A DNA stretch of 64,000 bases from an uncultured Rivularia sp. (lineage in GTDB: Bacteria; Cyanobacteriota; Cyanobacteriia; Cyanobacteriales; Nostocaceae): NCBI GenBank assembly GCA_963665115.1, contig OY762007.1:3040001-3104000 (forward strand), in the 5' to 3' direction. The translations under genes were made by a program, and so were the position numbers. Positions 43,927-54,452 of this stretch are shown here, piece after piece; the stretch's first letter is position 1, and every line of letters begins with the position of its first letter. The notes below the pieces were generated by a model, which saw only the letters and a program-made list of their open reading frames with translations, had not been told where the DNA came from and did not search any database.

Positions 43927-46374
43927 ATGACCGCTACATCCCAACCTCCGTTTTCTCCAGAAGAAATAGCCAAAGAAGGCATAAAACCCCAAGAATACCA
44001 AGAAATCGTCAACAGATTAGGTCGTCATCCTAACAAAGCCGAATTAGGAATGTTTGGCGTAATGTGGTCGGAACATTGCTGTTATAAAAATTCTCGACCT
44101 TTATTAAAACAGTTTCCTACAACCGGAGAGCGCATCCTTGTAGGTCCCGGTGAAAATGCTGGTGTTGTAGACTTGGGTGATGGTTTACAACTCGCTTTTA
44201 AAATTGAATCTCACAATCATCCTTCAGCAGTGGAACCCTTTCAAGGTGCTGCAACGGGAGTTGGTGGTATTCTCAGAGATATTTTTACAATGGGTGCGCG
44301 TCCGATCGCGGTGTTGAATTCACTGCGTTTCGGTAATTTAGAAGATGCCAAAACCCAAAGATTATTTAGCGGTGTGGTATCGGGAATTGCTCATTACGGT
44401 AACTGCGTGGGCGTTCCTACGGTTGGTGGTGAAGTCTATTTTGACCCCGCTTACTCTGGCAATCCTTTAGTAAACGTTATGGCGTTGGGATTAATGGAAA
44501 CGCCAGAAATTGTCAAATCCGGTGCATCAGGTATCGGCAATCCGGTACTGTATGTCGGTTCTACTACCGGGCGCGACGGTATGGGAGGAGCAAGTTTTGC
44601 CAGTGCAGAATTAACCGACGAATCAGTTGACAATCGTCCAGCAGTGCAGGTTGGCGACCCATTTTTAGAAAAATCCTTAATTGAAGCTTGTTTAGAAGCC
44701 TTTAAAACAGGTGCGGTAGTGGCAGCACAAGATATGGGTGCGGCAGGTATTACCTGTTCCACTTCCGAAATGGCCGCAAATGGTGGTGTCGGTGTGGAAT
44801 TTGATTTAGATAAAATTCCCAACCGCGAAACCGGAATGATTCCTTACGAATATCTACTCAGCGAATCTCAAGAGAGAATGCTGTTTGTTGCCAAAAAAGG
44901 TAGAGAGCAAGAATTAATAGATATTTTTGTGCGTTGGGGATTAAATGCAGTCGTTGCCGGAAAAGTCATAGAAGAACCCATAGTAAGGATTCTTTACCAA
45001 GGAAAAGTCGCAGCAGAAATACCTGCCACAGCTTTAGCAGAAAATACCCCGATTTATAACCGAGAATTATTAAAAGAACCTCCAGAATATGCCCGCAAAG
45101 CTTGGGAATGGACACCCGATTCCTTACCAGCTTGCACTCATGAAGGTATTGAAATTAAAGGAAAATTGCAAACCTGGAACGATATTCTGCTAACTTTACT
45201 TGATACTCCCAGCATAGCTTCAAAAAGTTGGGTTTATCGTCAATACGACCATCAAGTGCAGAATAACACCGTTATGTTACCCGGTGGTGCGGATGCGGCA
45301 ATTGTGCGGTTGCGCCCAGTTGGGGAAGACAAGGAGACAAGGAGACAAGGAGACAAGGAGATGAGGAGAGAAGAAAATTCCAATGCCCAATCCCCTATGC
45401 CCCATGCCCAAAAAGGTGTTGCTGCAACGGTTGATTGCAATTCTCGTTACGTTTATCTCGATCCTTACGAAGGTGCAAAGGCTGTAGTAGCTGAAGCCGC
45501 ACGCAATCTTAGCTGTGTAGGTGCAGAACCTTTAGCGGTTACAGATAACTTGAATTTTGGCAGCCCGGAAAAACCGATTGGTTATTGGCAGTTATCAGAA
45601 GCTTGTCGGGGATTAGCGGAAGGTTGTCAAGAATTATCGACTCCGGTAACTGGAGGAAATGTCTCTCTTTATAATGAGACTTTTGATACGAACGGCAATC
45701 CAAAACCAATTTATCCGACTCCCGTTGTCGGAATGGTAGGATTAATTCCTGATTTAACAAAGATTTGCTCCCAAGCTTGGCAATCGGAAGGCGATATAAT
45801 TTATCTCCTCGGTTTACCAATTCAATCGGAAACCGAATTAGGAGGAACGGAGTATTTAGCTACCATTCACGATACTGTTGCCGGAAAACCCCCAAGGGTA
45901 GATTTTGGCTTGGAACGTCGCGTACAGCAAGCTTGCCGTAAAGGTATTCGCCAAGGTTGGGTGCGTTCCGCTCATGATTGCGCTGAAGGTGGAATTACCG
46001 TCGCTTTAGCTGAATGCTGTATTAATAGTCATCTCGGTGCTGAGATTAAATTTGAATTACCAGCTGATTTACCAGCAAGCAATCCTCAGAGATGGGATGA
46101 AATACTTTTTGGTGAAGGAGGAGCAAGAATTATTGTTTCAGTTGCGTTAGCCAAGCAACAAATTTGGGAATCATACCTACAAGAACAATTAAACGATCGC
46201 TGGCAAATAATTGGCAAGGTCGGAAATTTCCAAACTGGTTTGGGGGTCTTAACCACTGATAACAAAACTTTAATAAACGTTACGATAGAAGATGTAAGCA
46301 ATCGCTTTCATCAAGCAATTACCAGGCGTTTAGCCGTTCCCCAACAGCTAAATACTCAAATGACAATTAAATAA
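43927..46374 (+). CDS. purL: Phosphoribosylformylglycinamidine synthase subunit PurL
   Basis: [30 protein letters not shown] and GGNVSLYN motifs. Confidence 0.98.
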   Translation: MTATSQPPFSPEEIAKEGIKPQEYQEIVNRLGRHPNKAELGMFGVMWSEHCCYKNSRPLLKQFPTTGERILVGPGENAGVVDLGDGLQLAFKIESHNHPSAVEPFQGAATGVGGILRDIFTMGARPIAVLNSLRFGNLEDAKTQRLFSGVVSGIAHYGNCVGVPTVGGEVYFDPAYSGNPLVNVMALGLMETPEIVKSGASGIGNPVLYVGSTTGRDGMGGASFASAELTDESVDNRPAVQVGDPFLEKSLIEACLEAFKTGAVVAAQDMGAAGITCSTSEMAANGGVGVEFDLDKIPNRETGMIPYEYLLSESQERMLFVAKKGREQELIDIFVRWGLNAVVAGKVIEEPIVRILYQGKVAAEIPATALAENTPIYNRELLKEPPEYARKAWEWTPDSLPACTHEGIEIKGKLQTWNDILLTLLDTPSIASKSWVYRQYDHQVQNNTVMLPGGADAAIVRLRPVGEDKETRRQGDKEMRREENSNAQSPMPHAQKGVAATVDCNSRYVYLDPYEGAKAVVAEAARNLSCVGAEPLAVTDNLNFGSPEKPIGYWQLSEACRGLAEGCQELSTPVTGGNVSLYNETFDTNGNPKPIYPTPVVGMVGLIPDLTKICSQAWQSEGDIIYLLGLPIQSETELGGTEYLATIHDTVAGKPPRVDFGLERRVQQACRKGIRQGWVRSAHDCAEGGITVALAECCINSHLGAEIKFELPADLPASNPQRWDEILFGEGGARIIVSVALAKQQIWESYLQEQLNDRWQIIGKVGNFQTGLGVLTTDNKTLINVTIEDVSNRFHQAITRRLAVPQQLNTQMTIK

Positions 46375-46513
46375 CTGGCAACTTACTATTAGTATCGCTG
46401 AGCATAAATACTGTACTGTGGTAAATAGATGGTTAAGAATTAATTAAGTTTTATCTAACTATCCAGTTTCACAATCCCAGTGGCTTGACATCATCATCAG
46501 GAGCATAGCTAGA

Positions 46514-48016
46514 ATGATTCCCCAAAATTCCAAAGCCGTCACTTCGGATAAATACGCCCAAACTAATCCCAATCCAATTAATCAAGATGAACGTCCTGAC
46601 AAGCAAGAAGAAGCTTGCGGGGTTTTTGGCGTTTACGCACCCAAAGAAGACGTTGCTAGACTAACTTATTTCGGATTGTATGCCCTCCAGCATAGAGGTC
46701 AAGAATCCGCTGGGATTGCCACTTTTGAAGACAAAAAGGTACACCTGCATAAAGATATGGGTTTAGTATCTCAAGTCTTCAACGAAACTATCCTTGATGA
46801 CTTACCAGGTAGTATTGCTGTCGGTCATACCCGTTATTCCACCACAGGTTCAAGCCATGTAGCCAATGCCCAACCTGCTATTGTCCAAACTCGACTAGGT
46901 GAAATAGCCCTTGCACACAACGGTAATTTAGTCAACACAAAGCAGTTGCGCGACGAACTGCTCGAAAAAAGCTGTAACCTAACTACCACAACCGACTCAG
47001 AAATGATTGCCTTGGCGATCGCCGAAGAATTAAACGACGGTTCCCAATTATTGGAAGCTGCGATTCGGGCTTTTCATCGTTGCCGAGGAGCCTTTAGTTT
47101 AGTAATCGGTTCCAGTGAAGGTGTAATGGGAGTGCGCGATCCAAACGGCATTCGTCCCCTGGTAATTGGAACTTTAGAGGGAAGTCCAACACGTTACGTT
47201 TTAGCATCCGAAACCTGCGCTTTGGATATTATTGGCGCTAAATACCTGCGAGATGTAGAGCCAGGTGAATTGGTTTGGATTACCGAATCAGGTTTAGCCT
47301 CTTTTCAGTGGAGTAAAAAGCAAGAAAGAAAGCTATGTATCTTTGAAATGTTTTACTTTGCTCGTCCCGATAGCATCATGAACGAGGAAAGCTTGTATAG
47401 CTACCGGATGAGATTAGGGCGACGATTAGCACAAGAATCTCTTGTAGATGCCGATATAGTTTTTGGAGTTCCAGATTCGGGAATCCCTGCTGCAATTGGT
47501 TTCTCAGAAGTTTCCGGTATACCTTACGTAGAAGGATTGATCAAAAATCGTTACGTCGGCAGAACCTTCATTCAGCCTACCCAAGCAATGCGCGAATCGG
47601 GTATAAGAATGAAACTAAATCCACTTAAAGACGTATTATCCGGGAAAAGAGTAATCATCATTGATGATTCAATTGTGCGAGGTACCACCAGTCGCAACTT
47701 AGTAAAATCCTTGTACGAAGCGGGTGCAACCGAAGTACATATGCGAATTTCTTCCCCTCCAGTTACCCATCCCTGTTTTTACGGTATTGATACCGATAGT
47801 CAAGATCAATTAATTGCTGCAACCAAATCAGTAAAAGAAATTGCCAAACACTTAGAAGTAGACAGTCTGGCATATCTAAGCTGGAAAGGAATGTTAGAAG
47901 AAACCAAACAAGATACCAATAGTTTTTGTTCCGCGTGTTTCACCGGAGATTATCCCGTACCAGTACCCGAAAGACTCAAACGTTCTAAATTAATTTTAGA
48001 AGAAGCAGTTGTTTAA
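46514..48016 (+). CDS. purF: Amidophosphoribosyltransferase
   Basis: EACGVFG, LQHRGQE, GHTRYST, HNGNL and DDSIVRGTT motifs. Confidence 0.98.
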   Translation: MIPQNSKAVTSDKYAQTNPNPINQDERPDKQEEACGVFGVYAPKEDVARLTYFGLYALQHRGQESAGIATFEDKKVHLHKDMGLVSQVFNETILDDLPGSIAVGHTRYSTTGSSHVANAQPAIVQTRLGEIALAHNGNLVNTKQLRDELLEKSCNLTTTTDSEMIALAIAEELNDGSQLLEAAIRAFHRCRGAFSLVIGSSEGVMGVRDPNGIRPLVIGTLEGSPTRYVLASETCALDIIGAKYLRDVEPGELVWITESGLASFQWSKKQERKLCIFEMFYFARPDSIMNEESLYSYRMRLGRRLAQESLVDADIVFGVPDSGIPAAIGFSEVSGIPYVEGLIKNRYVGRTFIQPTQAMRESGIRMKLNPLKDVLSGKRVIIIDDSIVRGTTSRNLVKSLYEAGATEVHMRISSPPVTHPCFYGIDTDSQDQLIAATKSVKEIAKHLEVDSLAYLSWKGMLEETKQDTNSFCSACFTGDYPVPVPERLKRSKLILEEAVV

Positions 48017-48390
48017 TAATTTTGCATTAAATTGGGTTTGTTTTTTCAGAACACTATAAATCACTTATGTAGAGACGTAGCAGTGCTACGTCTTTTTGAT
48101 TATGTAAAGTACATTCGGACGGGCAGGGATGCCCATCCCACAAGAGTTGTAGTATAACTGGTTCCCAGCCTCCCTCTATAACTGGTTCCCAGTCTCTGGC
48201 TGGGAACCTATTGCTTGAGGCTCTGCCTCCAATAAATACGCGAGGCAGAAGCTCGAAAACTGCATTCCCAGGTGAAACCTGGAAGTAACTCTTCACTCCT
48301 AACTAATAATTAATAAATCCTCAATTTTGATGGAATTAATATAGTCATTTATGTAATATGTAGTGAAATTGCGCTCTTTTAAAACCACTT

Positions 48391-48810
48391 ATGGAACCGA
48401 TAACCGCTGCAACTATCGCCACCCTTGCTTTTACCAAAGCCTTTGAAAAGACGATTGAAAAATTTACTGAAGCAACCTGGAGTAAAATTGAAGCGCTACG
48501 CAAGAAGATTTGGCAGAAATTAAGCGGAAATAAACAAGCGCAAAAAGTTTTAACTGCGGCTGAAACTGGTTCAAAAGAAGATTTGAAATTAGTTGCTCAA
48601 TTTTTGGAGCAAGAAATGGAATGGGATAAAAACTTTGCTCAAGAAGTACAAACTTTAGCTCGTGAGATCGATCAAGAAATTAATATCGGTCAAATACAAG
48701 GGCAAAACGTGCAAAATGTTTATGGTGGAGAAGCGCAACAAAATAATGCAAATAACACCAATGCACCAGTAATTCAAGGTGGTAGCGGACACAATATTAC
48801 ATTTAATTGA
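48391..48810 (+). CDS. Small helical protein (Bell-like effector candidate) with a Q/N/G-rich C-terminal tail
   Basis: ~95 aa helical region, then INIGQIQGQNVQNVYGGEAQQNNANNTNAPVIQGGSGHNITFN. Confidence 0.75.
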   Translation: MEPITAATIATLAFTKAFEKTIEKFTEATWSKIEALRKKIWQKLSGNKQAQKVLTAAETGSKEDLKLVAQFLEQEMEWDKNFAQEVQTLAREIDQEINIGQIQGQNVQNVYGGEAQQNNANNTNAPVIQGGSGHNITFN

Positions 48811-51800
48811 CTACAGTCGTCGGCAGGGGAACCGACAAAGTATCATCCCATTAAATATATACCGAAATTTGGCAGCGATAACTTTGTCGGAAGACAAGAT
48901 GAACTTGCCAAAATTCACGATAAGTTTTCAGAAACAAACAATAAAGTCGCCATTTCTTCTGTATCTGGTATGGGTGGTGTTGGAAAAACAGAGTTAGCGA
49001 CGCAGTATGCACGAAAACACGAAAATGATTATCCCGGTGGAATTTGCTGGTTAAATGTTAGAGGTACAAATTTAGCTGCGGGAATTATTCAATTTGTCCA
49101 ACAGATGGGTTTGGAAGTTCCCCAAAAAGATTTCCAAGAAAATGCGCTGACTCTAACTCAACAAGTAGCTTGGTGTTGGCAACATTGGCAACCACCCGAA
49201 GGTTTTGTGTTGATAATATTAGATGATGTGACTGATTTAGAAGATATTTCTGAGTTACTACCATCTTTTCAGCGCTTCCGGGTTTTGATGACAACCAGGT
49301 TGCGAGATATCGACACTAATGTTGAGGAAATATCCCTTGATGTGTTGTTACCAGAGGAAGCTTTAGAATTATTCAAAAATTTAATTGGTGAAAAGAAAGT
49401 AAATAAAGAATTAGAAACAGCTAACGAACTATGTAAATGGTTGGGATATTTACCTTTAGGGATAGAGTTAGTCGGAAGGTATATCAAGAAAAAACCTCCC
49501 CATTTTACTTTAAAGAAAATGTTGCAGCAGTTGCAAGAACAACGACTGTATCAAGAAGCGATGAATCCCCAGCAAAAAGGATTACGTACAGCCCAATTAG
49601 GAGTTTTAGACGCATTTGAATTAAGTTGGAAAGAACTCAATCCTACAACACAGGAGTTTGCTACATTATTAAGTCTATTTGCAGCAGATATTTTTGAGTG
49701 GCAATGGGTAGAATCGATAAGTAAATCCCTCAATTGGGATGAATCTGATGTTGAGGTAGCTATTGAGGAAGTTTACCAACGTTACTTGGTGCAGTCTTTA
49801 GAATATGAAGATGTATCTTACTATCAAATTCATCCTTTAATTCGAGAGTTTTTACAAGATAAATTAAAAGCATCTGCACAAATAAATGAGTTCAAACAAG
49901 CATTTACCAGCACTTTTATTGAAATTGCTCAAACAATTCCTGATTCAGTAACCCTGGAATTTATTAACTCAGTCAAAAACGCTATTCCCCATTTAACAGA
50001 AGTCGCAGAAAATCATCTTGATGCACTCAGCGATGAAAATTTATATTGGGCTTTTACTGGTTTAACTAATTTTTACCAGGGACAAGGTTTATATGCTTTA
50101 GCTGAACCTTGGACACAGCAATGCGTATCAGAACTAAAATCCCGTTTGGGAGAAAATCATCCCTATTTTGCTACCAGCTTGAACAATTTAGCTGAACTCT
50201 ACAGAAACATGGGAAGGTACGAAGAAGCTGAACCTATTTATATCCAAGCTTTGGAGTTAAGAAAACAGCTACTCGGAGTTAATCATCCCGATGTTGCAAT
50301 GAGCTTGAACAATTTAGCTAATCTCTACCACTTGCAAGGAAAGTACGAAGCAGCAGAACCTCTTTATATTCAAGCATTGGAGTTATATAAACAGCTACAG
50401 GGAGTTAATCATCCCGATGTTGCAACCAGCTTGAACAATTTAGCTGAACTTTACCGTTCTCAAGGAAAGTACGAAGCAGCAGAACCCCTTTATATTCAAG
50501 CTTTGGAGTTATATAAACAGCGACTCGGAGAAAATCATCCCCATGTTGCAATGAGCTTGAACAATTTAGCTTTACTCTACGATTCTCAAGGAAAGTACGA
50601 ACTAGCAGAACCCCTTTTTCTGCAAGCTTTGGAGTTATATAAACAGCTACTCGGAGAAAATCATCCCCATGTCGCAATGAGCTTGAACAATTTAGCTGAA
50701 CTTTACCGTTCTCAAGGAAAGTACGAAGCAGCAGAACCCCTTTATATCCAAGCTTTGGAGTTAAGAAAACAGCTTCTCGGAGAAAATCATCCCGACACTG
50801 CAATGAGTTTGAACAATTTATCTCTACTCTACAACTCCCAAGGAAAGTACGAAGCAGCAGAAACCTCTTTTAATTCAAGCTTTGGAGTTAACAAAACAGC
50901 TACTCGGAGAAAACCATCCCCACGTTGCTATGAGCTTCAACAATTTAGCAGGACTCTACAAATCCCAAGGAAGGTACGAGGAAGCAGAACCTCTTTATAT
51001 CCAATCTTTGGAGTTAACAAAACAGCTACTCGGAGTTAATCATCCCCACACAGCAATGAGCTTGAACAATTTAGCTCTACTCTACAACTCCCAAGGAAGG
51101 TACGAAGCAGCAGAACCTCTTTTTATTCAAGCATTGCAGTTAAGAAAACAGCTACTCGGAGTAAATCATCCCGATGTTGCTACCAGCTTGAGCAGTTTAG
51201 CTTACCTCTACTACTCCCAAGGAAGGTACGAAGCAGCAGAACCACTTTTGATTCAAGCATTGGAGTTATGTAAACAGCTACTCGGAGTTAATCATCCCGA
51301 TGTCGCAACCATTTTGAACAATTTAGCTTTACTCTACAACTCTCAAGGAAGGTATGAAGCAGCAGAACCTCTTTTGATTCAAGCTTTGGAGTTAACAAAA
51401 CAGCTACAGGGAGTTAATCATCCCTCCGTCGCAACCAGTTTGAACAATTTAGCTTTACTCTACAACTCTCAAGGAAGGTATGAAGCAGCAGAACCACTTT
51501 TGATTCAAGCATTGGAGTTAAGTAAACAGCTACAGGGAGTTAATCATCCCGATGTCGCAACCAGTTTGAACAATTTAGCTTTACTCTACAACTCTCAAGG
51601 AAAGTACGAAGCAGCAGAACCTCTTTATATTCAAGCATTGGAGTTATATAAACAGCTACAGGGAGTTAATCATCCCGATGTTGCAACCAGCTTGAACAAT
51701 TTAGCTGAACTTTACCGTTCTCAAGGAAAGTACGAAGCAGCAGAACCTCTTTATATTCAAGCATTGCAGTTAAGAAAACAGCTACTCGGAGTTAATCATC

Positions 51801-52255
51801 CCGACACAGCAGGCAGTTTGAACAATTTAGCTTTACTCTACGGTTCTCAAGGAAAGTACGAACTAGCAGAACCCCTTTTTCTGCAAGCTTTGGAGTTATA
51901 TAAACAGCTACTCGGAGAAAATCATCCCCATGTCGCAATGAGCTTGAACAATTTAGCTGCACTCTACTATTCTCAAGGAAGGTACGAAGAAGCTCAACCC
52001 CTTTATATCCAAGCTTTGGAGTTAAGAAAACAGCTTCTCGGAGAAAATCATCCCGACACTGCAATGAGTTTGAACAATTTAGCTTATCTCTACTTTTCCA
52101 TCGGAAAGTACGAAGAAGCTGAACCTCTTTATATCCAAGCTGTTGAGATTGCGGAGCGGATTTTGGGAGAAAATCACCCCAATACGGTGCTTTATCGGAA
52201 AAATTTGGAATATTTACGCGCACAGCGGGGAGAAGGTGGAAGCAGCGAAGAATAA
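48811..52255 (+). CDS. NB-ARC + TPR (NLR-like) protein; the frame opens right after the upstream TGA; apparent +1 frameshift at 50861-50863
   Basis: NFVGRQDEL, GMGGVGKTELA, IILDDV, MTTR, GYLPLGI and IHPLIR motifs; ~16 x 42-aa TPRs (HPDVATSLNNLA.LY..QG.YE.AEPL). Confidence 0.9.
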
Positions 52256-52291
52256 ACAGTGAGCAGTGAGCAGTGAGCAGTTTCCGTGATT

Positions 52292-52656
52292 GTCATTGCG
52301 AATGTAGCGAAGCGAAATGTTAGCGGAGCGTGTCCGGAACGGACATAGCAATCACAATAACTCGTTGGTGTTGAAGATGTTGGGATTGCTTCCTTCGTCG
52401 CAATGACGGAAACCGAGTTGTCATTGCGAGTGGAACGGAGTGGAACGAAGCAATCGCAATAACTCGTTGGTGTTGAAGATGTTGGGATTGCTTCCTTCGT
52501 CGCAATGACAGAAACCGAGTTGTCATTGCGAGTGGAACGGAGTGGAACGAAGCAATCGCAATAACTCGTTGGTGTTGAAGATGTTGGGATTGCTTCCTTC
52601 GTCGCAATGACGGTTTGAGAGTTACTCGTTGGGATTGCTTCCTTCGTCGCTATGAC
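52292..52656. repeat. Tandem REP-like palindromic units (GTCATTGCG...GCAATC...GATTGC...CGCAATGAC): three full, one partial
   Basis: Units at 52292-52407, 52420-52509 and 52522-52611 (102-nt period for the last two); half-unit at 52631-52656. Confidence 0.9.
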
Positions 52657-52688
52657 AGCTTCAAAATAACTCGTTGGTGATGACAGTT

Positions 52689-52979
52689 TCACAATAAACC
52701 GTCATACAAATCACACCATTGTGGATTCATACTATTAACTAAATCGATTTTCTTTTGTCTGGAACCAGCTTTAATTTGTTTCTCTCTTGCTATAGCATCA
52801 TTAATATCAGCAAAAATTTCGTAATAAACCAGTTTATTAACGTTGTACTTTTTTGTAAAACCTGCAATTAATTTTTCTTTGTGTTCGTAAACTCTTCTAA
52901 TTAAATCATTCGTAACACCTGTATAAAGCACTGTATTATATTTATTTGTGATTATATAGATATAGTATTGCTGGCTCAT
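52689..52979 (-). CDS. Small GIY-YIG nuclease-family protein
   Basis: YYIYI..N....LYTGVTNDL.RRV.EH, FT.KY...KLVYYE and AI.REKQIK motifs. Confidence 0.93.
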   Translation of the reverse strand: MSQQYYIYIITNKYNTVLYTGVTNDLIRRVYEHKEKLIAGFTKKYNVNKLVYYEIFADINDAIAREKQIKAGSRQKKIDLVNSMNPQWCDLYDGLL

Positions 52980-52988
52980 TGATTGTAA

Positions 52989-53255
52989 TTACGCTTTACC
53001 CTTTCTGATTGCTTGGTTTCTTTGACGTAGTTTCTCAATTACTTTTCTACCGTCAAGTCTTTCCCCACCTTCGGAAGCTTCAACCCCAACCATAATTTCC
53101 CGTTTCAATTCCTCAAATCTACCTTTGTAAATCCTTTCTCTTTCCTTGAGCAATTTAATACCCGCAATAATCACTTCCTCAGTTGAGGAATATTTACCAC
53201 TTGCAATTTGACTTTGAATAAATTCTTCTAATTCAGGAGTTAGGGAGATACTTGT
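52989..53255 (-). pseudogene. ParD-like (RHH) antitoxin lacking a canonical start codon and a partner toxin
   Basis: The frame reads SISLTPELEEFIQSQIASGKYSSTEEVIIAGIKLL. The codon before S is ACA, and an in-frame TGA lies just upstream. Confidence 0.65.
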
Positions 53256-53279
53256 AAATATTGCTATTCAAACTGTTTT

Positions 53280-53327
53280 CTATATTCTGATTATTAATTG
53301 CTGCTCGTCTGCGTAAAAACGTGCCAT
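53280..53327 (-). pseudogene. Remnant of a DUF5615 PIN-like toxin (N-terminal 9 codons)
   Basis: MARFYADEQ-QLIIRI* starts 3 nt after the DUF433 stop and matches the start of DUF5615 proteins. Confidence 0.6.
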
Positions 53328-53330
53328 CAA

Positions 53331-53657
53331 CTAGGCTACCTGATTACGCTCGATTGCCAATTCTATTTCATCGGGATGAGCTTTTGCATAAATCCAAGCA
53401 TTCGCTAAATCTGTAGCAGTAATAGTTGGATAGCTGATTAAAAGGTCAGAATCACTATATCCGAGACTTTGAGCTTCCACAAGCACCCAAACTGGAATAC
53501 GAGTTTTTGTAATCCGTGCTTCTCCACCACAAACTCTAGGTGTTTTCTCAATCCCTTGCCAATTGCTACCCAAACTTTGAGCAAGTAACTGTATTACTTG
53601 TACTTTTTCATTGGGATTGAGGGCAAGAAGTTGTTGCTCTAATTCTTTGAGTGTCAC
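53331..53657 (-). CDS. DUF433-family antitoxin-like protein
   Basis: IEKTPRVCGGEARI..TRIPVW.L......G.S...L..YP.I. Confidence 0.9.
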   Translation of the reverse strand: MTLKELEQQLLALNPNEKVQVIQLLAQSLGSNWQGIEKTPRVCGGEARITKTRIPVWVLVEAQSLGYSDSDLLISYPTITATDLANAWIYAKAHPDEIELAIERNQVA

Positions 53658-53794
53658 AAATCAAAATACCTTACTGCGCTAGTTAAGCTGCTTTCCATAT
53701 TCTTATTATAGAAGGGAGGCATCGCATTGTAATGAAAGCTGTGTTTTTTGCTGAGTTGGTTGGAAAGTGCGATTTGTTAGGTGGGTTAATTATG

Positions 53795-53988
53795 ACATCT
53801 TGCACCATTCTTAATAAACCCTTAAATCCACCTTGTAAGCCGGAGGCTTTCTCGCAGAGAAATTTCAAGGCTCATATACAAAGTACGTTTTAAACGTACT
53901 AGAAGCCTTACCCAGTCTGATTTATCAGACTTTGTTTTTTAGCCTGGGAATTTATTCCAAGGCGGTTATCGCAACTGGTGCAAGATGT
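53795..53988. mobile_element. MITE-like element, copy B
   Basis: Perfect 13-bp terminal inverted repeats ACATCTTGCACCA/TGGTGCAAGATGT; core shared with 43501-43598. Confidence 0.7.
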
Positions 53989-54160
53989 AAGTTAATTTGC
54001 TCTTTAATGATGAATAGGTTGTCTTCCATCAAACTTACTTATCCAAAAACAAAATCCCATCAACACAAAATAAACTCCCTAATTCCAAAGCCTGTTGTGA
54101 AGTTATTTCTAAATCACCATTTTCAAACAATTATCAATTAACAATTACCAATTACCAAAT

Positions 54161-54445
54161 TTAACTTTGTGATAAAAAATCGATTTTAGGTAATAACGGA
54201 TCAGTTACCATACCCACACCATTAAAACTCCATCGTTGAAGTACAGTTTTTAATTGAGTACCTGAAACAGTTTCTACACCGAGACGGTTAGCTAAATCGC
54301 CAGCATGAGTATTGATATAGCTCAAAGCATCAAAATTTTCACGAAACAGCAGCACAAAAGTAGACGCATCATCTTCATTTGGACGTGCTGCCAAATAACG
54401 GCCATCAGCTTTAGAACGAATTAAATAATACGTTTCAGACAACAT
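54161..54445 (-). CDS. Hypothetical protein
   Basis: Clean 94-aa ORF with protein-like composition, co-oriented with its neighbours. Confidence 0.7.
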   Translation of the reverse strand: MLSETYYLIRSKADGRYLAARPNEDDASTFVLLFRENFDALSYINTHAGDLANRLGVETVSGTQLKTVLQRWSFNGVGMVTDPLLPKIDFLSQS

Positions 54446-54452
54446 GGGATTC

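Noticed and set aside
52192..52692. 166-aa and 95-aa repeat ORFs; also considered as a CRISPR array
   Set aside because: The ORFs are translations of the palindromic repeat units, and the internal segments are identical between units rather than unique spacers.
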